Assembly (NCBI GenBank): GCA_048938445.1
Contig: JBHLME010000047.1
Location: forward strand, 1 to 32,909
DNA: 32,909 nt
Reading direction: 5' to 3'
Source: Promethearchaeota archaeon
Lineage (GTDB): Archaea > Asgardarchaeota > Lokiarchaeia > Sigyniarchaeales > SOKP01
Shown here: positions 18,764 to 27,540 of the stretch, in pieces
How positions within the stretch are numbered: the first letter of the stretch is position 1
Layout: each line of letters opens with the position of its first letter
The notes under the pieces: generated by a model
Seen by the model: the letters and a program-made list of their open reading frames with translations, nothing else
What the model was told of the DNA's origin: nothing
Databases searched by the model: none
Made by a program: the position numbers and the translations under genes

Positions 18764-20374
18764 TTAAAAATTTAATATAAAGTTATGATTAGTCAACTCA
18801 AAATAGACGCGACTAAAAAGATCTACCACACTATGAAAATCATCATCTGTTATTTCAAAAGGTCTCGAGTAAATAATTTCTTCGACCTTTGTTATGAACG
18901 GATATATTACAGACGGTTTCATTCTTAATTCTTTTACGGAAATTATCGCAAAATCTCTTATCGTTTCATATTCTTTCTTTCTCCTTCCATATTTTGCATC
19001 AACTAAGGTTATATAAATCGCATTGAAGAGATATGATAGAGATTCTTCCATTCTTCCAGAATCTTTTAAAATTTTTAAATTTTTAATTTTTCCTTCTAAG
19101 GGGATGGTCGCAACTTGCGCTCCTTCCCTCTGTTTTTTTAGGAAAAAATATCCATATAATATTAAAACTCCCGCTATAACAGATATGATCGGTATGAAAA
19201 TTATAAGAAATCCAATGAATGCTCCTGGTTGACCTCCTAAATCCTCACCAAGAGGTATTTCAAGTGGATTGACATTTATTACTACATTGTTTGAGACCAG
19301 CGTCTTTCCAGCAGAATTGATTAATTCAATATAATAACTATATGATCCATTATGGAACGGTGGAATTTTGAAAGAGAGTGAAAATGAACCATTTGCGAGA
19401 GTTTGAGCAATTGCGGTCCTTTCTCCACCATTATATACTACTCTAACGTATCTATTAAATATATAATAATTAGGAGCTGATCTTGATCTAACTTGTCCAG
19501 TAATCGTATATGTTGAATTCGCATCTCCATCATATGATGATAATCCGATAAAAGATACATTATCGAATACTAAAAACTTCGATGAGTTGTAAAATGAATA
19601 TCCAACATAAGGGGAATCCGAATAAGTCAATTCCACCGTCATGTTATTTAAAGAAGCGGGAACCTCTGGAATGAACATATTATTTGGCATTGCACCTGTT
19701 GCGGTGGTTGAGTATATATTTGATGAAACCAGGGTTCCTAAACCTGTATACCAATTTACATTGAAATTTGCGTTTGGTATGCCTGTATCATTATCATATT
19801 TTAAAATACCAGAGGTATCAAGATTTTCACCCCTTAAATAAGGTTTGGATATATCTACACCGGTCATGTCAAAATGTGATGTAGAATTTAAATTAAAAGT
19901 AAAACTATTCATATAGGTAATGGTATTGCTTGTATCCACTTCTACTTCAATTGTATGAGAGGTATAAACATTCATGTATCCTGGAATCGTATAGTTATTT
20001 ATTATAAAAAAACCACCATTTGCAGTGATATTGTTAAATTGAGAATATACTTGTCCATCTATTTTTATTGATACTTTATATCCATCATATCCAGTTCCAG
20101 TTGGAAGATGAAATAATCGTCCTTCGACTGTAAGATTATAATCATAATGTTTAAAAATCTCATTATCTATTTCCTCATTAGTTAGATTTACCCAGCCCCA
20201 TGCGGAGGATGTATTTAAATTATCATTTTTGTTGATAGGTGAAATTTGATTCCTATAATCAATTAAAGTAAAGCAAGTGGTAACTAATGGAAAAAGAATG
20301 AACAGAGTTATCATTATAACAGATAAAATCATCATGTGATTGTCATGATGTTTTTTAATTTTCTGTTTTATCAT
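18764..20374 (-). CDS. Membrane protein: N-terminal TM/signal, extracellular Ig-like beta domains, TM, C-terminal DUF4129-like domain
   Basis: Hydrophobic aa ~14-37 and ~385-412, an Asn/Thr/Tyr-rich beta region with TxxNGxF motifs between them, and C-terminal ETIRDFA...VEEIIYS. Confidence 0.75.
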   Translation of the reverse strand: MIKQKIKKHHDNHMMILSVIMITLFILFPLVTTCFTLIDYRNQISPINKNDNLNTSSAWGWVNLTNEEIDNEIFKHYDYNLTVEGRLFHLPTGTGYDGYKVSIKIDGQVYSQFNNITANGGFFIINNYTIPGYMNVYTSHTIEVEVDTSNTITYMNSFTFNLNSTSHFDMTGVDISKPYLRGENLDTSGILKYDNDTGIPNANFNVNWYTGLGTLVSSNIYSTTATGAMPNNMFIPEVPASLNNMTVELTYSDSPYVGYSFYNSSKFLVFDNVSFIGLSSYDGDANSTYTITGQVRSRSAPNYYIFNRYVRVVYNGGERTAIAQTLANGSFSLSFKIPPFHNGSYSYYIELINSAGKTLVSNNVVINVNPLEIPLGEDLGGQPGAFIGFLIIFIPIISVIAGVLILYGYFFLKKQREGAQVATIPLEGKIKNLKILKDSGRMEESLSYLFNAIYITLVDAKYGRRKKEYETIRDFAIISVKELRMKPSVIYPFITKVEEIIYSRPFEITDDDFHSVVDLFSRVYFELTNHNFILNF

Positions 20375-20401
20375 ATTTATTTCTCACTTCTTTTTATTTT
20401 A

Positions 20402-23400
20402 TTACCAATCTGTAAATTCTAATTGATCACTCTCAACATAATCCTCAACTGGAGTATAATATACCCATATTTCCGTTTCATTTCTATAATCAGGCCAGTT
20501 TAAATCAATGAAAAAAGTACCAGAAAAATCACCAATACTATTTGTTAATACAGTAGAATTGGTGGCAATGTTTGTACCATTAAGATATTGAACAACAACA
20601 GTTACATATACATTTTGAATTGCCGTTCCATTATCCCAAATCAACCTTCCATTTACATAAAGGGTGGTATTATAAACCCATTGTAGGTCATAAGGAGGCA
20701 CTTCATAATCAGTATACCAAGATTGTTCTATAATTGTTGTGCTTGCAGTTATATTTAGATTAATAGAAGAACTACTTAAACTACTCATTGCATTAGACAT
20801 GCCAATTACTAGAGGATTATCAATATCTCGGAAAATAGATCCATTAAAGTCAACTCTTAACGTATAACTTCCTTGAGGACAATTAAGAGATATTCTATTT
20901 ATTGAAAATGAATAATATCCATTATCATCAGTGTAATCATAATTATTCCCTATAAATTCTATATATTGAGAATAGTCTTGTCCCATGCTGTTGATTAAAT
21001 GAAGTGACACGTTCAAGCCTCTCAAATATCTTGCACCATCAGAACATACACCCCAAACGTTAAATCCTGCACCATTTCTGGTTATTTCATTAACTGGAAG
21101 ATTTTCATTAATACTAATAGTAAAAGATGTCTCATTTATTATGATATAAGTAGAATTAAAAACATCATTATAATAAATATCATAAACAACTTTCATTAAA
21201 TGTAGACCAGGACTGAATGAAGGAGGCCCTGAAGTATTAAGTTCAAAATTAAAATATCCTGAACCATCTGTTATATCACTCATGATCCATGAAGAAGGAT
21301 TATAATAAATGTCATAGAGATATATTGTTTTTCCTGAAACAGGACCACTAGAATCATAAACATATCCATTAAACGTGATATTTTCTCCGAGCCTTACACT
21401 CGGCGGGAGAAAACCATCAGGATAAATTCCGATATCAGGAACGGGATATCCATCTACGTTCAATCGTATCGTTGTATTTAAAGGATTTGTAACATTCAGT
21501 TGATAAGCACAAACCATTGAGTCACTCAAATATTGTAAGTAAAATGTATGTGCATAAATAGGGTGATTATAATAAATAGTTCCATTAAAATCAACCCTTA
21601 TAGTGTAATTTTTTTCCGGTGTTGCGCTACTAACATTGAATAACGCATAAATTTCTCCTGTATCATTGCATATAAAAAAATTTAAAATTTGTTGAGAACC
21701 ACCAGTTTTGATTAAATAATTGGAGTAATCAGTAAGCCCATCTAAAAGATTAATTTCAATTTGACCAAATGAAATAATAGCTCCATTAGTTCCGTCTATT
21801 AAATCTCCAGTAATTCTAAATGTCCGACCTTGAATAGTAGTAGAATTAATGTGCCAAGGTATAGGGCAAGGATCAAGACTAACATTAATAGGAGCATTTA
21901 AAATAAAATATGAGTAATTATAATTAGTTGTATACCTTGCATATAATAAATGTGGTCCTGCAATTGAATAATAATTAGTAGAGTAAATAACCATAGCATA
22001 ACCATTAATGTCTGTAACATCAGTACCTATTAACGTATTATTTGTTGTATCATAAAACTCTATAAGTTCACCAGATATAGGTGTATCTCCTAATAAGAGA
22101 CGAGCAGTTAAATTTAAATCATTATACCTGGGAATAGAAGGATTAGTATAATTATCTGAAGTAGTTCCATTTATCCAAAAATTAAGAATGGTTGGTGCTT
22201 CATATGTGATTTGTAACTGTTTATTAAGGGTCACGGAAGTGCTAATTATGGGTAAATCAAAATCATTACCATAGGGGAACGTGGTAAGATCAAATGTACC
22301 ATTAAAATCTAATCTCAATGTATAATTACCAGGGGCAATAGCATTATCTACATAAAATAAAACGCTAAACTTACCATTGCTGTCAACTGAAAAAGGATTG
22401 GTACCAATCAAATAGGAAGTATTATCATATCCATTTTTAAATATTCTCAATTCAACCTCAGAATAGTTTAATGGAGTTAAATTCACGCTATCATTTATAT
22501 AACCTACTATTGTGAAAGGTTGCCCTGTGGTTTTATTAATTACTCTAGGTTCGGGTCCTGAAACGACCGTTATGACGGGATCTTCATTTAAAATATAATA
22601 AGAATAATTATAGATATTACCAGCTTTCGCATAAAGTAAATTTGGTCCCACGAGACAACTATCTCCAGCAATAATTCGAAGTGTCGTGATTCCATTTTGA
22701 TTAGTATCATTACTACCAATTAACATATCTCCACCCGTATAATTAAAAAAATTGACAGTAATATTTGGAAGTGGCCCTCCTGTTTCGTTCAAGACACGGG
22801 CTTTAAGTGTAAGTGCCGTGCCTCTTGGAACTACGGGAGCAGTAACGGGGGTATAGGGATAATTTGAAGGAGTATTTTCTATATAGAACAATACGCTTCC
22901 AGTCAATTCCTTGTCTATGTGAAGTTCTTTTGTCTGACTTGAATTAGATAAAAACCACGCTGGGGGTCCTAGAGGAATTGAAAAATTATACTCATATCCA
23001 TACCATAATACTGTATAATAATATGATCCATTAATATCTGCCCTTACCTCGTAGTCGCCAGAAAAGACATATGCTGGATCTCCCTGCAAGTAAGTATCAA
23101 AAACACCATTTTCATCAGTGGTAATTGATGGAGGATTAAACGCATTAGGAACATATGTGCTTGTACCATTATATAGCAATGTAAAATTAACTATTGAGTA
23201 TGGAACTCCGAGATCATTTTTAGGATCGAAAACTTTTCCCCACGCTCTAATTGAATTGTTAGATGGATCAGACACGTTTATTGATGAAGGACTTATTCCT
23301 GTAAGATTAACAATGATTGTATCATTTATTACAAAATTACCAATATTAGCAACTTGAGGATTATATTGTGCTACAATAACGTGAGGTCCAACAACCAAGC

Positions 23401-24949
23401 TATCATTTACATAAACATAAACTGATGCTTTCCCATTACTATTTGTATCATTTGAGCCTATCGTCATACCTGAAGTAATATCTGTAAAGGTTATGGTTTT
23501 ATTTTCCATCGGTAGGGACTCATTATATAATGTTGCTGTTACATTAACCCATACTCCTCTATTGACAATTGGATATGAAGGAGGCGCTAGTCCATCACAT
23601 GTTACGTTAAGCGAATACGAAACATTTCCAAACACGGGTATTACAGGATTTCCCATAAAGTTCTCAAAAAGCACGTCAATTTGCGCCCAATATCCATTTC
23701 CAGTTATGTCTGTTGGGATGAAAACCTCTGCCCAACTATATATATTTTGATATTTTACCGCAAATCCAATACCTTCAGTCGGATCTAAAACTTGCTCGAC
23801 AAACCTGCTATTAAATCCATCTACAAAACGACTTACAACTCCAAATGCTCTTGTAAGAGCAATAAAAGCTGATGCAAATTCGGAATACATTCCTTCACGG
23901 GACTTACAAAACCAATTAATTGGATCTTGATCTGCTTCAGCTGCAGGAACAGGATTGTAAGTTAAATTAAAATTATATTGGAGATAATTTCGTATTTTAT
24001 CAGCGATAATGAATGCATTATCTGTTGCAGTATTAATGACATTATTGTCTAAATAATTATATACTGCTCTAAAATCATTGTGATTCGCAAGAAAATTTGC
24101 AATACTTCCATCTAATCGCAAATAATCATTGGTTAAAGAGATATAATCTGGATCTGGACTTGTTACGATGACGCAACTACTGTTAATATCTGCATCTGAA
24201 GGCAAGTTCTCACCAAGTAATTGATATGTTAAGTTAAGTTTATTATTCTGAGAAAAATGACTTAAAATCGATGACCCATTTAAACCTTCTTCTTGTGTTC
24301 TTAGACTAGAAGATGTCAAAAAAGGTGCCATAATACTATTTTCTATAATATAGGGTTTTGGAAATAATGTAGGTGCCGTGAATAGATTTCCTAAGGGATC
24401 ATTAATTACGGACAAATTAAGCATTTTCATGAGTAAAATTTCTGGTTTTATTAAAGGATTTGAATATTTACTTAGGGGAGCAAAATCATTATCAAAAAAT
24501 CCACTACTTGCTGACCATGTACCTGATGAATAGGTATCAAAACATTCATATTTCCATAAGTAATCGTCAACATCTAAAAAGGAAGAATAATTAAATACTC
24601 TGAATACTTCTCTTTGAGCGAGTTCAGAGAAGAGCGATTCATTCATTAAATCTGATAAATCTTCAAGAGGAAGGTCATCAAAATCCCCGTCAAACATTTC
24701 AAGGATTTGTTCTAACAAATCTGGATCAAGATCTGATAAGTCAAATGGAGGATAAATTGGAACGAGTACCTGTTCTTCAAAATCGGGATTCTGTTTACTT
24801 GGAATTATTCTTAAAGAATCAAATAATAGACTAATTAAAAAAGTAGAAAATGCAAAAGCAAAAACTAAAACTACTGATAAAGCTACAACCTTTAAAACGT
24901 CATTTCTTACATTTTTAGAACCTAAAAGCTTTTCTTTTATTTCAGACAT
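20402..24949 (-). CDS. Large surface protein: N-terminal TM, transglutaminase-like domain (catalytic Cys/His replaced) and tandem Ig-like repeats
   Basis: DPINWF..REGMYSEFASAFIALTRAFGVVSRFVDGF...YSWAEVFIP...WAQID matches the TGc core; followed by four ~240-aa repeat units rich in N-x-S/T. Confidence 0.85.
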   Translation of the reverse strand: MSEIKEKLLGSKNVRNDVLKVVALSVVLVFAFAFSTFLISLLFDSLRIIPSKQNPDFEEQVLVPIYPPFDLSDLDPDLLEQILEMFDGDFDDLPLEDLSDLMNESLFSELAQREVFRVFNYSSFLDVDDYLWKYECFDTYSSGTWSASSGFFDNDFAPLSKYSNPLIKPEILLMKMLNLSVINDPLGNLFTAPTLFPKPYIIENSIMAPFLTSSSLRTQEEGLNGSSILSHFSQNNKLNLTYQLLGENLPSDADINSSCVIVTSPDPDYISLTNDYLRLDGSIANFLANHNDFRAVYNYLDNNVINTATDNAFIIADKIRNYLQYNFNLTYNPVPAAEADQDPINWFCKSREGMYSEFASAFIALTRAFGVVSRFVDGFNSRFVEQVLDPTEGIGFAVKYQNIYSWAEVFIPTDITGNGYWAQIDVLFENFMGNPVIPVFGNVSYSLNVTCDGLAPPSYPIVNRGVWVNVTATLYNESLPMENKTITFTDITSGMTIGSNDTNSNGKASVYVYVNDSLVVGPHVIVAQYNPQVANIGNFVINDTIIVNLTGISPSSINVSDPSNNSIRAWGKVFDPKNDLGVPYSIVNFTLLYNGTSTYVPNAFNPPSITTDENGVFDTYLQGDPAYVFSGDYEVRADINGSYYYTVLWYGYEYNFSIPLGPPAWFLSNSSQTKELHIDKELTGSVLFYIENTPSNYPYTPVTAPVVPRGTALTLKARVLNETGGPLPNITVNFFNYTGGDMLIGSNDTNQNGITTLRIIAGDSCLVGPNLLYAKAGNIYNYSYYILNEDPVITVVSGPEPRVINKTTGQPFTIVGYINDSVNLTPLNYSEVELRIFKNGYDNTSYLIGTNPFSVDSNGKFSVLFYVDNAIAPGNYTLRLDFNGTFDLTTFPYGNDFDLPIISTSVTLNKQLQITYEAPTILNFWINGTTSDNYTNPSIPRYNDLNLTARLLLGDTPISGELIEFYDTTNNTLIGTDVTDINGYAMVIYSTNYYSIAGPHLLYARYTTNYNYSYFILNAPINVSLDPCPIPWHINSTTIQGRTFRITGDLIDGTNGAIISFGQIEINLLDGLTDYSNYLIKTGGSQQILNFFICNDTGEIYALFNVSSATPEKNYTIRVDFNGTIYYNHPIYAHTFYLQYLSDSMVCAYQLNVTNPLNTTIRLNVDGYPVPDIGIYPDGFLPPSVRLGENITFNGYVYDSSGPVSGKTIYLYDIYYNPSSWIMSDITDGSGYFNFELNTSGPPSFSPGLHLMKVVYDIYYNDVFNSTYIIINETSFTISINENLPVNEITRNGAGFNVWGVCSDGARYLRGLNVSLHLINSMGQDYSQYIEFIGNNYDYTDDNGYYSFSINRISLNCPQGSYTLRVDFNGSIFRDIDNPLVIGMSNAMSSLSSSSINLNITASTTIIEQSWYTDYEVPPYDLQWVYNTTLYVNGRLIWDNGTAIQNVYVTVVVQYLNGTNIATNSTVLTNSIGDFSGTFFIDLNWPDYRNETEIWVYYTPVEDYVESDQLEFTDW
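20760..23625 (-). repeat. Four tandem ~230-250 aa two-domain (A+B) Ig-like protein repeats
   Basis: A-domain G(P/L)(H/N) motifs at 23381, 22640, 21950 and 21200 (spacings 247, 230, 250 aa). B-domain motifs YEVRADINGS, YTLRLDFNGT, YTIRVDFNGT, YTLRVDFNGS. Boundaries approximate. Confidence 0.8.
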
Positions 24950-24972
24950 AAGAAGGGAGAATATTCAAATTG

Positions 24973-25038
24973 AAAAATTTAGATCTAATTTTTAGAATAT
25001 AATCTAAATTCTCCTTTATATATGTTTAGATTTAATCT
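24973..25038 (-). promoter_or_regulatory. Putative promoter of the MoxR envelope operon with palindromic sites
   Basis: Minus-strand TATATAAA at 25015-25022, flanked by inverted AATCTAAA (25001-25008) / TTTAGATT (25025-25032); perfect palindrome TTAGATCTAA at 24979-24988. Confidence 0.4.
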
Positions 25039-25209
25039 GTAACATATTATAATCAAAGTATCAGAAAATAAATTAAATAAATATCAAAATCCATCAATTT
25101 GAGCATGAGACAGATCTCTATTTATAACTAATGCTTAAGCTTGGATAAAAAAGGAATAGATGGTTTTTTTTTATGATTAATAAATGACGTATTTAAATAC
25201 ATGCATTAT

Positions 25210-26052
25210 TTAAAATTCAAATCCGCATTTGGTGCATACTAATTTTTTAGCATATATCGTTTTTGGGATATAGCTAATGATTCTGGTTCTATCTTCAACC
25301 TCTTTTATTGCAGGTCCAATCGCACCACAATTTACGCATACTCTTCTTGTGTGACCCCCCTCACCCATAGAATCCATTGTAGGTGCTGGTGATGAAACAG
25401 CGGGACTTGCTGTTGGAGCAGGGGACGTGCCAAATGATGTTCCACCTCCGAAGCCAGGACTTTGGGTAGGTTGGGCTAATGAGCTCGCCATTACTGCTTT
25501 AGGTTCTTTCAATTCCGTGATTCTTTTCTCTTTATATTGAAGTTCTTGGTTTAGTTGCCCTATCTGCGCTTGAAGAGGACCAATTTGTCCAGCTAACATT
25601 GAATTCTGCTCAGTTAATTGTGAAACTTGATTTTGCAATTCAGGAAGCTGAGCTTGCAATTGTCCCTTTTCATTGTTTAATTGAGCAATTTGATTTTGGT
25701 ATCCTTGTATTGATGCATTCAAAGAATTTAATTGGCTATTTAATTGACCAATCTGATTATCTTTAGAATTAACTTGTGCTTGCAATTGACCTATTTGTGT
25801 TTGTAATTGATTGATGGTATTTTGATGATCTTGTAGTGAAGGCCCACTAGATGTCGCCATAGCAGGCGCAGAGGGACTTGGGGTATATGAAGGTGCGGGC
25901 GTTAATGTTGGAGCACTAGACATTACAGGAGGCGGCACGTTTTGAGGAATTTGTGGAGGCCTTCCTGGTGGAGGTGTTAATGGAGGTTCTCTAGGTGGAG
26001 CACCCATACCATATTCATCTTCTTCGTCATCATCATAATTATAGTTTGACAT
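25210..26052 (-). CDS. Acidic / proline-rich / Gln-rich coiled-coil protein with C-terminal zinc ribbon
   Basis: YDDDEEDEY, PPREPPLTPPPGRPP, ~110 aa of heptads with repeated QIGQL, and C-terminal CVNC...CTKCGFEF. Confidence 0.85.
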   Translation of the reverse strand: MSNYNYDDDEEDEYGMGAPPREPPLTPPPGRPPQIPQNVPPPVMSSAPTLTPAPSYTPSPSAPAMATSSGPSLQDHQNTINQLQTQIGQLQAQVNSKDNQIGQLNSQLNSLNASIQGYQNQIAQLNNEKGQLQAQLPELQNQVSQLTEQNSMLAGQIGPLQAQIGQLNQELQYKEKRITELKEPKAVMASSLAQPTQSPGFGGGTSFGTSPAPTASPAVSSPAPTMDSMGEGGHTRRVCVNCGAIGPAIKEVEDRTRIISYIPKTIYAKKLVCTKCGFEF

Positions 26053-26231
26053 GATATAGTTTTCTTCTTTTTTTTCTTTTTTTTATGTATTAAAAATATT
26101 GTTGTCCAAGTAAATATAATAACCTAAATTTATAAAATTATACAATGTAAAAAAAAATATTAATTTTTAATTTGATAATCATATAAAAGGATCTAATAAA
26201 TTATAGTAAGATTAGCTTTAAAAGTAAAATA

Positions 26232-27326
26232 TTAAAAACATTTCCAATAAGGTGAGAGACTTTCTTTTATTGCAGGTATCAATTTGTCATTAAGGTACTC
26301 TATTAATTTATTATCTGATTTTCTTTCGTTTTCTTCAATAAGATCCTCTTCATCATTAAGAACTTTTAAACAATTATATATTGCAATTGCTTGCTTATCT
26401 ACTTCATATCCTCCTTCAAGTGTGATTAAGATTCTACCTTTTGAATGCTCATTTGCTATTGATTTTATTAACTTCAAATAATTAGCAGGAGCTTGATAAG
26501 TCCATCCCATCCCAGTTAACCTATCGGTCCAATGTGTATCAAATCCTGCAGAAATAAGGATAAACTCAGGTTTAAATTCATTTAATATAGGAGAGATTAT
26601 TTCGTTGAAAAATATCGGAATTACATCATCCGCAGCTCGGGGGGGCATTGGATAGTTAATTATTTTACCTTTTCCATTTCCTCTTCCAATTTCATTATGA
26701 AAACCACTTCCAGGATAAAGAGTTCGACCGTCTTGATGTGAATTTATCATGATAACTTCACCCTGACCTGAAGGGCTTCCTTCATAAAAAATATCTTGGG
26801 TTCCATTTCCATGATGACAGTCCCAATCTATAATGGCAACTTTCTTAATATTTTTCTCACGAATTAAATATTCAGCTGCAATTGCAATATTGTTAAAAAT
26901 GCAGAATCCGGAACACTTTTTAGCATTTGAGTGATGTCCTGGTGGACGTACAGCTGCAAAACCATTTTTTATATTTCCATTTAATATTTCATCAATTCCA
27001 GTTAAATTCCCTCCAACAGAATAGAGCGATGCTTCATAGGTTTTGGGAGACAGCAATGTATCTCCATCATCAATTACTTGTACCTGCCCGGTATGATCAG
27101 CACGTTCACTCATAGATTTTACTTCTTTTAATAAACTTTCAGTATGGACATACTTTATTTGATCTAATGTTGCTTTTCTCGGAGTTATTAATTTGTAATT
27201 AGGATTCTCAAACAGATTTTTTTCATTTAGTAAATCCATTAATGCGATTAATCGCTCATGGCTTTCAACATGCGTTCCAATTCTATGCTCAAGATATATA
27301 GGATGATAAATAAGTCCTGTAGTCAT
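26232..27326 (-). CDS. Zn-dependent histone deacetylase family protein (class II / HdaH-AcuC like)
   Basis: HVESHERL, RPPGHH, GFCIFNN, DWDCHHGNGTQ, YPGSG, SAGFD and LEGGY motifs all intact. ATG 27326 chosen; the track starts at TTG 27335. Confidence 0.93.
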   Translation of the reverse strand: MTTGLIYHPIYLEHRIGTHVESHERLIALMDLLNEKNLFENPNYKLITPRKATLDQIKYVHTESLLKEVKSMSERADHTGQVQVIDDGDTLLSPKTYEASLYSVGGNLTGIDEILNGNIKNGFAAVRPPGHHSNAKKCSGFCIFNNIAIAAEYLIREKNIKKVAIIDWDCHHGNGTQDIFYEGSPSGQGEVIMINSHQDGRTLYPGSGFHNEIGRGNGKGKIINYPMPPRAADDVIPIFFNEIISPILNEFKPEFILISAGFDTHWTDRLTGMGWTYQAPANYLKLIKSIANEHSKGRILITLEGGYEVDKQAIAIYNCLKVLNDEEDLIEENERKSDNKLIEYLNDKLIPAIKESLSPYWKCF

Positions 27327-27540
27327 ATTAATCAAAATTATGATAAATAATTATTATAAGAATATCTAGTTCAAATCAAATATTAACTTTTATATTAATT
27401 TAATCGACCTTTTAAATTAACAAAAAATCAAGTAATATTCGATTTCTGTTAATTTAAAATATTTTAAAGTAGTAGGTTTAATATTTTTAAATTTAGGTTT
27501 TTTAATATTTTTAAATCATATCGATTATTTATAAATAATA

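Noticed and set aside
20375-20404. Readthrough fusion of the 1515-aa and 536-aa ORFs (same frame)
   Set aside because: There are at least two in-frame stops (TAA 20402-20404, TGA 20384-20386), and the second ORF has its own SD-like AAGTGA and N-terminal hydrophobic segment.
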